Shown: positions 19,963 through 31,477, counted from the first letter of the stretch. The stretch is DNA of 64,000 nucleotides from an uncultured Gammaproteobacteria bacterium (GCA_963827755.1 CAWHCQ010000012.1:32001-96000); one strand, 5' to 3'. Numbers and translations: made by a program. The notes: generated by a model not told the origin, from the letters alone.

Positions 19963-21053
19963 TGGCGGCGATCTGTGCAAGTTCAGGCATGTGCAGGGTT
20001 GAGGTCGGGTACGCGATTTCGGCTCCGTGAGCCGCAACGATCGTCACTGATTTTCAGCAATACATCCTGCTTGATTTCATGATAACGCGTCCATACCGTG
20101 GTGCGCGTAAAGGTATAGATAAAAAAGTCCAGGGATGACTCGGAAAAACTGTTGAAGTTCACCATCAGCGTCTGGCCGGTATCGATTTCAGGGTGGTTCA
20201 CCAACATGGATTTGACGTCATCGATTATCAGCGGCACCTTCTTTATGTCATCGTAGCGCAAGCCGATGGTTTCTTTGATACGCCGATGCGACATTCGGGA
20301 TGGATTAACGACAGCTATCGTCGAGAAAACCCCGTTAGGTACGTAGATCGGTCGTTTATCAAAGGTCCTGATGCAGGTCAGTCGCCAGCCAATGGCTTCG
20401 ACTGTACCCTCGATATCCCGGTCCGGTGATCTGATCCAGTCACCGACGATGAAGGGCCGATCCAGGTAAAGCATCAATCCGCCAAAGAAGTTCGACAGCA
20501 GATCCTTGGCGGCGAAGCCGATGGCAATGCCACCGATACCACCAAAGGCCAGCACCCCCGAGATGCTGAAACCCAGTGTTTGCAATGCCACCAGTATGGC
20601 GGTGATGATAATCGACGCCTTGACCAGCTTGCCGATGGCGTCAACCGTTGTTGCATCAATTGTATTTTCCCGTGAGTCACCTCGATCAAGTGCATCCTGC
20701 TGCAGGTTACTGACCAGCCGCAACAGGAACCAGGTGATCACGGCGATGACACCAACGTCACGTAAGGGCCCGACTGCATTGAATATCGCCGCTTCTGTTT
20801 TCAGGCGAACGATATCGGCGGCAAAGGCAATACCGACAATCCAGATGAGCAGCCCGAGTGGCTTTCTCAGGGCAGAGATGAAGGCATCATCCCAGGAGAC
20901 ACGTGTCTGCTGCAGCCTGCGATGCAGACGTTTGCTAAACAGGCCAACCAACAGGCTCAACACCAGGGTCAAAAAAACAACGACAAACACCTGTGCAATC
21001 CAGGCGTTATCCCCGGCCCAGCCAAGCAGTGCCTGGTAGGGCTTATCCAGCAT
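19943..21053 (-). CDS. MscS-family mechanosensitive channel (frameshift near 20043)
   Basis: GGIAIGFAAKD and PF.VGDWI motifs. The conserved tail IVAAHGAEIAYPTSTL continues in the +1 frame to TGA at 19943. The true start may be 21087. Confidence 0.88.
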
Positions 21054-21147
21054 CCGGGAAGTTCCAGAATTTTTCTGAAGTATTCATCGTAACGTTTTGT
21101 TTATATTTAATTAATTGACCCTTAGGTATGCGGTCCGGACACAGGCA

Positions 21148-22195
21148 TTAAAGGTCCAGGTCCAGCTCGGGGCTCTCCTCGTAACCCCTCACGGCGGTCA
21201 CCGCCTGCTCCCAGCGAGGGTCGGCATGCAAATCTGCCAGGGAGACTGCAGCCCGGCCATGCATCCTTGCCATGCGCGTATGCGCAACCGGATTACGATA
21301 ATCAACCAGCGCCCCGGCGACCTGCTCTGCCTGCCCGCGCTGATTGCAAACCAGTACCATATCACAACCGGCCTGCAGGGATGCTTGCGCACGCGCACGT
21401 GTGATTACCGGCACAGGCAGCCCCCTCCATACTCAGATCATCACTGAAAATCAGCCCCTGAAAATTCAGTCGATCACGCAATACATCCTTGATCCATATC
21501 CTTGAAAAGCCAGCTGGCTGGCTATCGACCTTCGAATACACCACGTGCGCCATCATGATGGCGGCAAGCCCGTAATGGATCATGCGTCTGAAGGGTACGA
21601 TGTCCCATTGCTCGATGTCGGCAAAGGTACGCTCATCGACCGGCAGCGCGACATGGGAATCGGCTTTCACTGCTCCATGGCCCGGAAAGTGTTTACCGGT
21701 AGCCGCCATGCCCGCATCATGCATGCCCGTCTGGTAGGCATGCGCCAGCTCGGCGACGACCTCGGGACGTTTATGCAAAGCACGGTTGCCGATAATTGTC
21801 GAGACTCCCGAGCCAAGGTCCAGCACCGGTGCAAAACTCAGGTCAATACCGACTGCCCGCAGTTCACACGCCATCAACCAGCCGGTAACCTTCGCAAGAT
21901 GCCTGGCGCGATGCACATCCTTGTCATAGATACTGCCAAGGCATGACAGGGGCGGAAGATGGGTAAACCCTTCCCTGAAGCGCTGCACGCGACCGCCTTC
22001 CTGGTCGACCGCGACCAGCAAATGCGGGTCGCGCAGCCCGTGTATTTCGCCGGTTAATGCAGCAAGCTGACCGGTCGATTCATGGTTGCGCGTAAACAGG
22101 ATCACGCCGCCGACAGCCGGGTGTTTGAGCAGCTCGCGATCCTCCGCGGTCAGTTCAAGACCTTCGATGTCGATCATCAGGGGACCCAGTGTCAT
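21148..22195 (-). CDS. nagZ: beta-N-acetylhexosaminidase (frameshift near 21400)
   Basis: [17 protein letters not shown]...ADSH and [17 protein letters not shown] lies in the next frame. Confidence 0.92.
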
Positions 22196-23004
22196 GATGG
22201 TTTTCCCGTCCTGGCTGTCATTCGTGTATCCAGTCTATCGCGCAATCGGTCACCCAGCAGGTTGACAGAGAGCACCACGGCAAAAATTGCCACACCCGGC
22301 GCCAGCACCATGTGCGGGGCGACCAGCATGTAGCGGGTGCCGTCCCTGATCATGGCGCCCCAGGAGGCCGCCGGTGGCTGCACCCCCAGCCCGAGAAATG
22401 ACAGGCCCGCCTCGGCAATGACCACGGCGGCAATCCCGAACGTGGCCTCCACGATCAGCGGCGCGGCCATCAGCGGCAGCAGGTGTCGCCTTATAATGCG
22501 CCACTTGCCGCTGCCGAGCGCCTCTGCGGCCTGCACATGTTCGCGGTGCCTGAGCGACAGCACCTGCACGCGGGACAGGCGCGCATAGCCTACCCAGCCA
22601 ACCGTGGTGAGCGCAATGACGACATTTTCTATCCCCGGACCGAGCAACCCGGCCAGGGCGATCGCCAGCAGGATGCCCGGAAAAGCCAGGAAGACATCCA
22701 CGACCTGCACCGTGACACGGTCCCACCAGCCACCATAAAAGGCACTCGCGGTACCCAGCAGTGTCCCGAGCAGCACCGACAGGCCAACCACCCAGAAGGA
22801 GACCAGGAAGGAGGTGCGCGCCCCGATAATCAGGCGGTCATCTATCTGTCGGCCGAGGTCATCGAAACCGAGCAGTGCGCCGCTGGCAGGCGTGTCGAGA
22901 ATCCTGTCCAGCTGAATCGCGTTCGGCGTCAACGCCAGATACTCTCCGCCGACCGATATCAGCGCCCACGAGGCAAGCACGGCAAAGGGAACCCACCGGG
23001 CCAT
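22192..23004 (-). CDS. peptide/nickel ABC transporter permease (DppC-like)
   Basis: [11 protein letters not shown] loop and [15 protein letters not shown]. Confidence 0.92.
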   Translation of the reverse strand: MARWVPFAVLASWALISVGGEYLALTPNAIQLDRILDTPASGALLGFDDLGRQIDDRLIIGARTSFLVSFWVVGLSVLLGTLLGTASAFYGGWWDRVTVQVVDVFLAFPGILLAIALAGLLGPGIENVVIALTTVGWVGYARLSRVQVLSLRHREHVQAAEALGSGKWRIIRRHLLPLMAAPLIVEATFGIAAVVIAEAGLSFLGLGVQPPAASWGAMIRDGTRYMLVAPHMVLAPGVAIFAVVLSVNLLGDRLRDRLDTRMTARTGKPS

Positions 23005-23933
23005 TACGCCACCCCCCCCAGCCGAATACGCGGATCGACCCAGGCATAGACAATATCGGTGAGCAGGTTCACCAGCACATAGGCCGTACTGATAAGCAGT
23101 ACGCAGGCCTGCAGCACCGGGTAATCACGGCTCTGGATGGACTCGATGGTCAGCAGCCCCACACCGGGCCAGCTGAAAACCGTTTCGGTAATGACAGCAC
23201 CGGCCAGCAAGGCGCCCAGTTGCAGGCCCAGCAGGGTGATAACAGGCAACAGGGCATTGCGCAGGCCATGCCGCAGGATGACACGTCGCGGGGCCAGTCC
23301 CCTGGCTTTGGCTGAACGCATGTAGTCCTCGCCCAGCACCTCCAGCATGCTGCTGCGTACCATGCGCGACAACACGGCCGCGAGGCCGGTACCAAGCGTC
23401 AGGGCCGGCAATACCACCGAGGCAAAGCCGTCGCGGCCACTCACCGGGAACCAGCCCAGCCAGAGCGAGAACAGCAGGATCAACAGCGGCCCCAGCCAGA
23501 AGTTCGGAATGGAAACCCCGAGCATGGAAAAACCCATTGCACCACTGTCCCAGGCCGTGTTTCTGCGTATCGCGGCAATGAGGCCCAGCGGAAAAGCCAG
23601 GATCACAGTCACCGCCAGGGCCACGATCGCCAGCAGCCCGGTGGCCGGAAGCCGCTCGAGCAGCAGCCCGGATACCGGCTGCCGGGAATGAATGGATGTG
23701 CCGAGGTCGAGGTGCAGCAGGCCTTCAAGGTACGCCAGGTACTGGACCATCAACGGCCTGTCCAGGCCAAGCGCGCTGCGCAGGGCCTCCCGGTCCGCCA
23801 ACGATACCGATTCACCGAGCATGATTTCAACAGGATCACCCGGCACCAAATGGATCAGCAGAAAGACAATGCCCGTCACCCCGAAGATCACCAGCAGCGC
23901 ACCGAGCATGCGATTTATCAGGTATGAAACCAT
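23004..23933 (-). CDS. peptide/nickel ABC transporter permease (DppB-like)
   Basis: PGDP, SIPNFWLG, AKARGL, ETVFSWPGVG and DPRIR motifs. Confidence 0.92.
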   Translation of the reverse strand: MVSYLINRMLGALLVIFGVTGIVFLLIHLVPGDPVEIMLGESVSLADREALRSALGLDRPLMVQYLAYLEGLLHLDLGTSIHSRQPVSGLLLERLPATGLLAIVALAVTVILAFPLGLIAAIRRNTAWDSGAMGFSMLGVSIPNFWLGPLLILLFSLWLGWFPVSGRDGFASVVLPALTLGTGLAAVLSRMVRSSMLEVLGEDYMRSAKARGLAPRRVILRHGLRNALLPVITLLGLQLGALLAGAVITETVFSWPGVGLLTIESIQSRDYPVLQACVLLISTAYVLVNLLTDIVYAWVDPRIRLGGVA

Positions 23934-23991
23934 CAGGAAAACATCAGGAAATAATTATCTGCAGTGAACAGGGCTGACCCGAACAGGCCAG

Positions 23992-24492
23992 CTACAATGC
24001 AGCCTCCTGTATGAGCACCGGGGTGCCAACCGGGACACGATCAAACAGGCGGATGACATCGTCGTTTTTCATCTTGACGCAACCATGAGATGACGGGATG
24101 CCCATCGGGTCCTCGTCCGGACAACCGTGGATATAGATGTAACGGCGCATGGAATCAACCTCGCCCGAACGGTTTGTGCCCGTATCCAGGCCGCTTAGCC
24201 AGAGAATACGGGTCAGCATCCAGTCACGCCCGGGATGTTGCAGCTTCAATTCCGGCGTGTAGATCTCGCCGGTTGGCCTGCGACCGACAAAGACCGTGTT
24301 TGCCGTACAGCCGTGGCCGATTTTTGCACGGACGACATGGCGACCACGCGGGGTGCATTCACTGTGCATGATCTCGCCCGGTCCGTTGGCTGCCGTGGAA
24401 ACCGCCACATCCATGACAAGTCTGCCGGATTCGTGCAACTGCAGCCGCTGCTCGTCGATACTGACAGAAATATTGAAAGGCGCAGGCTGCAT
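23992..24492 (-). CDS. L,D-transpeptidase (YkuD family)
   Basis: YIYIHG and SHGCVKM catalytic motifs. Confidence 0.9.
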   Translation of the reverse strand: MQPAPFNISVSIDEQRLQLHESGRLVMDVAVSTAANGPGEIMHSECTPRGRHVVRAKIGHGCTANTVFVGRRPTGEIYTPELKLQHPGRDWMLTRILWLSGLDTGTNRSGEVDSMRRYIYIHGCPDEDPMGIPSSHGCVKMKNDDVIRLFDRVPVGTPVLIQEAAL

Positions 24493-24536
24493 GCGGGAAT
24501 TATACCGGTGTGTATGCGTCGGGAGGCAACTGTGTA

Positions 24537-26015
24537 CTAGTTTACACGCCTGACATTCACCAGGCTGTCATAGTTGCCGTCCCGCCCAAGCCGGTATCCC
24601 TCTATGCGGGTTCCGGCTGCATAGACATGATCTTCATACCAGAGCGGAATATACGGCAGCTCCTCGAGCAACCGGGCCTGCACCCTGCGATAGGCCAGCG
24701 CCTGCTGCTCAAGTGAGCCGGCCTGTTCTGCCGATTCAATCAGCTGATCAACGACCGGGTCCCTGAACCTGCCGCGGTTCGCACCTTCCGGTGGCAGCGA
24801 CTTGCTGTGAAAGGCATAGCGGAAGATATCCGGTGTCTTGATGCCCACCCAGGCGAGGCTGTACAGCTGGAAACGCCCTGCCTTGATATCGCCGTAAAAG
24901 GTACCCCAGTCGTAACTGGACAGCTTCATGTCCATTCCGGCTGCAGCCAGCTGCTGCTGGATAACGGTTGCGATACGCACCCGCAACGGGTCTGTCGAGG
25001 TCTTGAAATGCAATACCAGGGGACGCGCGGCGTCATAGCCCGCCTGCTGCAGCAGGGCCCTGGCCTTGAGCGGGTCGTGGGCCGGTGCCTGCAGTGCCGG
25101 GTTGCCGGCCCAGTGCCCGGGCTGGAGTAATGCCGCCGCCGGGCGGGCCGCGCCGCCGAGAATATGCCGCACGATGGCCTCGCGGTCGATGGCATGGGCG
25201 ATGGCCCTGCGCACCAGGATATTGCCCGTCACCGGGTCATCCAGGTTGAAACCGAGATAGGAGAAATTGCTGCCCGGTGCGGACTGTACCCTGATATCCG
25301 CCTGTCCGGACAGGTACTCCAGCAACTCACCGGGCAAGTCGTTTTGCAGCAAATCCACTTCCCTGCGCAGCAGCTTGAGCACCCTCACCGTGGGATCACC
25401 GATCCTGATGAATTCAAACAGCTGACCGTCGTCGATGCGCACGAGCTGCAGCTTCCCCGGCTCGGGCCAGCCTGCAAAACGAAACGGGCCGCTGCCCAGC
25501 GGGGTCTTATGAAACGGGTATTCGGCTGCAATGCCGGCGGCGGGCACGATACCGATGACCAGGTAGCCCGGGAACAGCGGGTCAGGCCGGTTGATATGAA
25601 AATCCACTGTGTCGCTGTCGATGACAACAATGTTTTCAATCAGTCGCAGACTGCTGGCATGCGCCGAGGCACTGGCCGGGTCGAGAATCGATTGGTACGT
25701 TGCCGCAACATCGACTGCCGTCAGCGGCGTTTCGTCGTGAAACATCGCCCGATTCGGGTCGAGGTGAAATCGATAGTGTTGCGGACCGAGCCTTTCCCAG
25801 CTGGCAAGTGAGGGCACCGGCCTGACCTGTTCGTCAAAATCCACCAGCCGCCGGTAGACAAGGCGATTAATGCGTGCCGAGGTAGCATCGGTAGCAAAGC
25901 GGGGATCGAGGTTGGCAGGACTGCTGGCAAGACCAAAGCGGATGGCCTCATCCGCCGGCCCGCTGCAGGCCGAAACAAGCAGCAGCAACCCGATAAATAA
26001 ATGTCTGGTTTGCAT
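24537..26015 (-). CDS. family 5 ABC substrate-binding lipoprotein
   Basis: Lipobox VSAC, LDPRFATDA, GSGPF and VRRAIAHAIDR. Confidence 0.9.
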   Translation of the reverse strand: MQTRHLFIGLLLLVSACSGPADEAIRFGLASSPANLDPRFATDATSARINRLVYRRLVDFDEQVRPVPSLASWERLGPQHYRFHLDPNRAMFHDETPLTAVDVAATYQSILDPASASAHASSLRLIENIVVIDSDTVDFHINRPDPLFPGYLVIGIVPAAGIAAEYPFHKTPLGSGPFRFAGWPEPGKLQLVRIDDGQLFEFIRIGDPTVRVLKLLRREVDLLQNDLPGELLEYLSGQADIRVQSAPGSNFSYLGFNLDDPVTGNILVRRAIAHAIDREAIVRHILGGAARPAAALLQPGHWAGNPALQAPAHDPLKARALLQQAGYDAARPLVLHFKTSTDPLRVRIATVIQQQLAAAGMDMKLSSYDWGTFYGDIKAGRFQLYSLAWVGIKTPDIFRYAFHSKSLPPEGANRGRFRDPVVDQLIESAEQAGSLEQQALAYRRVQARLLEELPYIPLWYEDHVYAAGTRIEGYRLGRDGNYDSLVNVRRVN

Positions 26016-26033
26016 GTATTAACGCCCTGATTG

Positions 26034-26238
26034 TCGCGCAAGGACGCAAAGGCGCCAGGATGGAAAAAAACCTCTTGATATCTTTTTTGCGCCGTCATCT
26101 TCTTTGCAGGACGCGCACCCCGCGAAAATTATACTGTTCCCGGCGGGACGCCGGTTCCAACATGGTTTGTGGCTCTATAGCCTCTGTGCCCTCTGTGTCC
26201 TCTGTGGCAATTATTTTTATCTTTGCGTCTTTGCGCGA
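26034..26238. repeat. 205-bp segment bounded by 18-bp inverted repeats, with an internal CTCTGTG triplet
   Basis: TCGCGCAAGGACGCAAAG (26034-26051) matches the reverse complement of 26221-26238 at 17/18. CTCTGTG occurs three times with 9-nt period from 26182. Confidence 0.7.
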
Positions 26239-26257
26239 GAATACTTTTTTACCGGTA

Positions 26258-26719
26258 TCAAACGACCGCCTGGTCCCGCTCGATCATCAATCGTACCCGC
26301 AAACGCCTGAAAACCTCCTGCTCCAGCATATCCGGCAGCAGCACCAGGTGACGTATGCGGCCACTGTCACACCTGAAATGCATGATCACCAGCCAGGGCA
26401 GTATAAAGACCTGCGGCATCAGCCGCGCCCTGATCTCCCGCCCTGAAGAAAGCTGCAACTGGCAGTCATGTGCATCGAACCATTCTACGCTACATACCGC
26501 ATCGCGATGCGCCAGCGTGATATGCAAGCGGATGGAATGCCACAGGCTGAACAGCAAGACCGGTATTAATATCGATCCAGCCCACAGGGGAAGTGACATA
26601 AAAGGAACCATGCTGATCGCCAACAGGTGACTCAGCAACAGCCAGGCACGCAGCGTGCGTGACGGACCGGGCTCAAGCAGCAGCGGCGTTGCGTATTTGC
26701 GTAACAATGTTTGCCACAT
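26258..26719 (-). CDS. YgfX/CptA-family membrane protein
   Basis: PS..L...L...H TM pair and LLPDML....FRRLRVRL tail. It follows sdhE. Confidence 0.75.
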   Translation of the reverse strand: MWQTLLRKYATPLLLEPGPSRTLRAWLLLSHLLAISMVPFMSLPLWAGSILIPVLLFSLWHSIRLHITLAHRDAVCSVEWFDAHDCQLQLSSGREIRARLMPQVFILPWLVIMHFRCDSGRIRHLVLLPDMLEQEVFRRLRVRLMIERDQAVV

Positions 26720-26948
26720 CCGTGTCAGCGGCCGCCATGCGCCCCATCAACAACTCAAGCAGAACAGCATCCGGGTATTCGAGCAACAACTCAAAGGTCC
26801 TGTGCTCGACATCATTGAGGCTGCTGTAACGCTGCTCCAGAAAACCCGTGAGCAGCACGTCAAGCTCACGCATGCCACGGCGGCACTGCCAGCTTATCCG
26901 GTTACGGTCGGTATCTGCGCCGCTACTGACTCTCTGCTCATTCATCAT
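26673..26948 (-). CDS. sdhE: succinate dehydrogenase flavinylation factor
   Basis: WQCRRGMRELD motif. Confidence 0.9.
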   Translation of the reverse strand: MMNEQRVSSGADTDRNRISWQCRRGMRELDVLLTGFLEQRYSSLNDVEHRTFELLLEYPDAVLLELLMGRMAAADTDVANIVTQIRNAAAA

Positions 26949-27646
26949 GTTGAGCGTCTGACCATCAGCTCTTTTATTCGCCCTATCGCACGGGTCGGAC
27001 TCAAGCCCTTGGGGCAGACCTCCACGCAGTTCATGATCGTATGACAACGAAACAGCTTGAATGGCCCCTCAAGATCCGCAAGGCGTTCATCGGTCGCATG
27101 GTCACGACTGTCTGCGAGAAAGCGCCATGACTGCAACAGCGCGGCAGGCCCGAGAAACTTGTCCGGGTTCCACCAGAATGACGGGCAGGACGTCGAACAG
27201 CAACCGCAGAGGATGCACTCGTAAAGCCCGTCGAGTTTGTCGCGGTCCCCGGGTGACTGGCGGTGCTCGACTTCAGGTTCCGGGTCCTTGTTGATCAGGT
27301 AGGGACGCACCGCGCGGTATTGTTTGTAGAATTGTTTCATGTCCACGATCAGATCGCGGATCACGGGCAGGCCCGGCATCGGGCGGATTTCTATGGGTGA
27401 TTTCAGACTGTAGAGCGGAGTAATACAGGCGAGCATGTTGCGGCCGTTTACGTTCATCCCGTCAGACCCGCACACACCTTCACCGCAGGACCGTCTGAAA
27501 CCGAGCGTCTCGTCCTGCGCCTTCAGCATCAATAATGCATCCAGCAGCATCATATCCCTGTTCAGCCCTTCGGACGGTAACTCGTACGCCTGCATACGGG
27601 GTGTTTCATCAACATCCGGGTTGAATCGATAGATGGAAATTTTCAT
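26945..27646 (-). CDS. sdhB: succinate dehydrogenase iron-sulfur subunit
   Basis: SCGEGVCGSD, CILCGCCSTSCP and CHTIMNCVEVCP. Confidence 0.97.
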   Translation of the reverse strand: MKISIYRFNPDVDETPRMQAYELPSEGLNRDMMLLDALLMLKAQDETLGFRRSCGEGVCGSDGMNVNGRNMLACITPLYSLKSPIEIRPMPGLPVIRDLIVDMKQFYKQYRAVRPYLINKDPEPEVEHRQSPGDRDKLDGLYECILCGCCSTSCPSFWWNPDKFLGPAALLQSWRFLADSRDHATDERLADLEGPFKLFRCHTIMNCVEVCPKGLSPTRAIGRIKELMVRRST

Positions 27647-27666
27647 GGCCGGCAAGTCACCCTGGT

Positions 27667-29430
27667 TCAATAAACACGAGGCCTGGGAGGAAACGAATCC
27701 ACTGTCAACGGCTTGATTCGAACCGGTTTGTAATCAACGCTATGCGTCTCCCTGTGATACAGACTGTGACGCAACCAGTTCACGTCATCCCGCTCCGGGT
27801 AATCAACGCGGGAATGCGCGCCACGACTTTCATGCCGTTTCCAGGCAGACATGATGGTCGCCAGGGCCACATCCATCAGATTTTCCAGCTCCATTGCTTC
27901 TATACGTGCCGTATTGAATACCATGCTGTGGTCCTGCAAACGAATATCAGGCATACGCTTTTGCAGGGAAAGTATCTGGTCTACACCCTCGGAGAGTAAT
28001 TCATCGGTGCGGAACACACCACAGTGTTCTTCCATGGTCCGGGTAAGCTCCTGGCGCATGGCGTCAACCGTCTCACCGTCACCTTTCCGGTCCCAGCGTT
28101 CCAGCCGTTGCATTGCCGGTTCCAGGCAAGCCTCGCTCATGGGACGGTGATAGCGGTTCTCCTGCAGGAAATCAATAATCTGGTTTGCGGCAGCACGTCC
28201 GAACACGATGATGTCAAGCAGTGAATTTCCACCAAGCCGGTTAGCGCCGTGCACGGATACGCAGGCGCACTCGCCGGCAGCATACAGCCCGGGCACCCGC
28301 TCTTCCGGCCCCTGTTCGATCGGCGCGACGACTTCACCGAAACGGTTGGTCGGGATACCGCCCATGGTGTAATGCGCTGTCGGGAATACCGGGACCGGTT
28401 CAATGCACATGTCAACGCCGGCAAAGGTCAGTGCAGAATCGCGAATTGCCGGCAGACGTTTCATGATAATTGCGGAATCCAGGTGATGCACCTGCAGAAG
28501 GACATGGTCCTTGTCGGGTCCGCAGCCACGCCCCTCGCGAACTTCCGTAAATATGGCGCGGCTGACGACATCGCGGCTGGCGAGGTCTTTTGCATGCGGG
28601 GCATAACGCTCCATAAAACGCTCACCCTCGCTATTGACCAGGTAACCGCCCTCGCCACGCGCACCTTCACTGAGCAGCATGCCCTTGCCGGCAATACCGG
28701 TCGGATGAAACTGGACGAACTCCATGTCCTGCAGCGGGATGCCGGCACGCAGGGCCATCGCCATGCCGTCACCGGTATTGATCAGGGCATTGGTATTGGT
28801 GCGGAATATCTGCCCCGCCCCACCGGTTGCCAGCAGGGTTGTCTTCGCCTCGATCACCAGTTTCTCACCGCTTGCAATATCGATCAGCAATGCACCGAGA
28901 ATGTAGCCCGCATCATCGTGCAACAGGTCTATGGCAAAGAATTCGTCGAAGAAATGCGTCCTGGCACGGATATTCTGCTGGTACAGGGACTGCAGGATGG
29001 CATGCCCGGTACGATCGGCAGCTGCACAGGTGCGTGCGGCCTGTTCACCGCCAAAGTTCATGCTCTGGCCGCCAAACTGGCGCTGGTAAATCCTGCCGTC
29101 TTCCGTCCTCGAGAACGGCACGCCGAAGTGCTCAAGTTCGTAGACGGCCTTTGGCGCTGCCCGGCACATGTATTCAATTGCGTCCTGGTCACCCAGGTAA
29201 TCACTGCCCTTGACGGTATCGAACATGTGCCAGTGCCAGTTATCCGCGCGTACGTTCGCGAGCGCGGCATTGACGCCACCCTGGGCCGCAACGGTATGCG
29301 AGCGTGTCGGGAAAACCTTGGATACCACCGCAACGTGCGCATCTGCCTGCGATAGCTGCAGGGCAGCTCGCAGACCACCGCCGCCGGCGCCGATAATCAG
29401 GGTATCGAATTGTCTGCGTGGCAGGTTCAT
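27667..29430 (-). CDS. sdhA: succinate dehydrogenase flavoprotein subunit
   Basis: [22 protein letters not shown] and [11 protein letters not shown]. Confidence 0.97.
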   Translation of the reverse strand: MNLPRRQFDTLIIGAGGGGLRAALQLSQADAHVAVVSKVFPTRSHTVAAQGGVNAALANVRADNWHWHMFDTVKGSDYLGDQDAIEYMCRAAPKAVYELEHFGVPFSRTEDGRIYQRQFGGQSMNFGGEQAARTCAAADRTGHAILQSLYQQNIRARTHFFDEFFAIDLLHDDAGYILGALLIDIASGEKLVIEAKTTLLATGGAGQIFRTNTNALINTGDGMAMALRAGIPLQDMEFVQFHPTGIAGKGMLLSEGARGEGGYLVNSEGERFMERYAPHAKDLASRDVVSRAIFTEVREGRGCGPDKDHVLLQVHHLDSAIIMKRLPAIRDSALTFAGVDMCIEPVPVFPTAHYTMGGIPTNRFGEVVAPIEQGPEERVPGLYAAGECACVSVHGANRLGGNSLLDIIVFGRAAANQIIDFLQENRYHRPMSEACLEPAMQRLERWDRKGDGETVDAMRQELTRTMEEHCGVFRTDELLSEGVDQILSLQKRMPDIRLQDHSMVFNTARIEAMELENLMDVALATIMSAWKRHESRGAHSRVDYPERDDVNWLRHSLYHRETHSVDYKPVRIKPLTVDSFPPRPRVY

Positions 29431-29433
29431 GGG

Positions 29434-29781
29434 CTATGCCGTCGCCAGCAGCAGGATGCGCAGTGCCCAGAAGCCGCAGCCGGCCAGCAGCAGGCCAATC
29501 AGGGACAACACCATCAGGCGCAGCCCGAGGTGATGTATGTAATCGAGCACAATATCACGCATACCGACCCATGCATGAATCAGTATGGCAAGAATAACCC
29601 CGCTGCTGACAATGGCCATCAGGGGTTGACTGATCCAGGCATGCCACTGCTCGTAGCCAGGTGAGGGCTGCAGGATAAAATGCCCGATGACATAGGCCGC
29701 ATAACAGGCAATGTAGACAGCAGTGATACGCTGCAACAGCCAGTCCCGCAAACCGTGCGCCTGGCGACTCAAAGTATCCAC
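29434..29781 (-). CDS. sdhD: succinate dehydrogenase hydrophobic anchor
   Basis: GLRDWLLQR and HAWVGM...LDY motifs, in operon position. Confidence 0.92.
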   Translation of the reverse strand: MDTLSRQAHGLRDWLLQRITAVYIACYAAYVIGHFILQPSPGYEQWHAWISQPLMAIVSSGVILAILIHAWVGMRDIVLDYIHHLGLRLMVLSLIGLLLAGCGFWALRILLLATA

Positions 29782-30149
29782 CCCAGGTAGGCCAGTGCCA
29801 GGACAAGCCCTGTCAGGTTGACAAGCCAGGCACTTGCACGTGCCTGCTTCAGGGACACACCCGTCTCGATATCGATCAGCAGAAAACGTATTCCCGAGAG
29901 CAGGTGGTGAAACAGGGACCAGGCGATAAGGGCCGAGCCGAACCGCAGCCAGTGATTACCGAGTATGGCAATGGCCTCTGCATAGCCCTCCGGGCCCTGC
30001 AGGGAAATATCCAGCAGGTAAATGAAAAATGGCAGCGAGAGAAACAGCAATACACCCGAGATGCGGTGGGCAATCGAGGTCACCGCACCAACCGGAAAAC
30101 GAATCCGGAGAAGATCAAGATAAACAGGAGCAGTTCGCTGAGTAGTCAT
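29769..30149 (-). CDS. sdhC: succinate dehydrogenase cytochrome b556 subunit
   Basis: SIAHRISG and HLLSGIR.LL.D motifs. Start taken at MTTQRTAP. Confidence 0.92.
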   Translation of the reverse strand: MTTQRTAPVYLDLLRIRFPVGAVTSIAHRISGVLLFLSLPFFIYLLDISLQGPEGYAEAIAILGNHWLRFGSALIAWSLFHHLLSGIRFLLIDIETGVSLKQARASAWLVNLTGLVLALAYLGWIL

Positions 30150-30273
30150 AAAATCTTTATTTTGGCAGATGATTTTATACCACCGCTCCCGCTGGAACGC
30201 CAGCGCTATACCGGTATCAAGTTCCCGCTGTATCATCTAGAATTCCTGTCCCTGCAAGCGTCATGGAACCACT

Positions 30274-31317
30274 ATGAAAACCGACTGGAAGGCCTTTCTT
30301 ACCGATGCCGGCGCAGAGTATCAAGCCGACAAACTCCTGCATTTCGGTAATCCCGAGCAGGAACGCGAAGTCGCGTTGAGTGGACTGGTTTTTTCCGATC
30401 TTGACTACCTGGGCGTGATTGCCCTTCATGGCGCCGATGCCGGTTCGTTCCTGCAAGCCCAGTTGAGTAACGACATCGCCAGTTGCGGCGAAAACAGCAG
30501 CCAGCTAAACGCCTACTGTACCCCGAAGGGGCGCATTCTTGGCCTGATGCGCATATTCAGGCATGGGGATACCTGTTACCTCAGACTTCCCGCCGACTCG
30601 CTGGAGAAGGTTTTGCAACGCCTGCGCATGTTTGTTCTGCGCGCCGACGTGACACTTGAAGATGTCAGTGAGAATTTCTACATCATCGGCGTATCCGGGG
30701 CAGACGCCGCCGATGAAATCAGCGATGTGGCTGGCGAAGCGCCGGTTGAAGACAACCAGGTCCTGCATACCGAAAGACTGTCGATTATCAGGGTGCCCGG
30801 TCTGGCACCGCGATTCGAGATTTATGCAAGTTCCCTGAAATCAGCCCGGGCGTGCTGGGATTCACTCAACGTGCATGGCGCGCCGGTTGGCAGCCAGGCC
30901 TGGCGGCTGCTGGAGATCCAGGCAGGCATGCCGAACATATTCGCCGCCACTGCCGAATTATTTGTTCCCCAGATGGTTAACCTGCAGCTGGTCGACGGGG
31001 TGAGCTTCAAAAAAGGCTGTTACCCGGGACAGGAAATCGTCGCACGCATGCAGTACCTCGGCACCCTCAAGCGCAGAATGTATCTTGGCCACATCGACCA
31101 GGATGAAACGGTATCGCCCGGCGATGAGCTTTATCAGGCAGAGGGTGATGAGCAGGTTATTGGCCGGATCGTCGATGCCCAGCCTCATCCGGATGGCGGC
31201 CAGCTTGCCCTGGCCGTACTGCAGATCAAGTCTGCCGGGAGCGGCGATGTTCGTTTGGGGAGTGTGGCCGGACCACTTTTTGTCCAGCAAGCCCTGCCCT
31301 ACAGCTTCGAGGATTGA
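30274..31317 (+). CDS. ygfZ: folate-binding Fe-S cluster repair protein
   Basis: KGCYPGQE motif. Confidence 0.93.
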   Translation: MKTDWKAFLTDAGAEYQADKLLHFGNPEQEREVALSGLVFSDLDYLGVIALHGADAGSFLQAQLSNDIASCGENSSQLNAYCTPKGRILGLMRIFRHGDTCYLRLPADSLEKVLQRLRMFVLRADVTLEDVSENFYIIGVSGADAADEISDVAGEAPVEDNQVLHTERLSIIRVPGLAPRFEIYASSLKSARACWDSLNVHGAPVGSQAWRLLEIQAGMPNIFAATAELFVPQMVNLQLVDGVSFKKGCYPGQEIVARMQYLGTLKRRMYLGHIDQDETVSPGDELYQAEGDEQVIGRIVDAQPHPDGGQLALAVLQIKSAGSGDVRLGSVAGPLFVQQALPYSFED

Positions 31318-31477
31318 TTCCCCGCGGACGCGGGTATTGCCTTTCGGCTTGCAGCACTACAATAACTTAACTTGCTGTTTTTATTATAGTAAAACGACTA
31401 CATGCAGGGCACGGAACTCACCCTGCAGACCGCAGTCCTACTGGTAACCCGTCCCCCGCAGCCAAGAGAACTGAACC

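Noticed and set aside
26258-31317. sdhE-ygfX as a novel toxin-antitoxin pair attached to sdhCDAB
   Set aside because: SdhE is the known flavinylation factor, and its linkage to ygfX and ygfZ is established.
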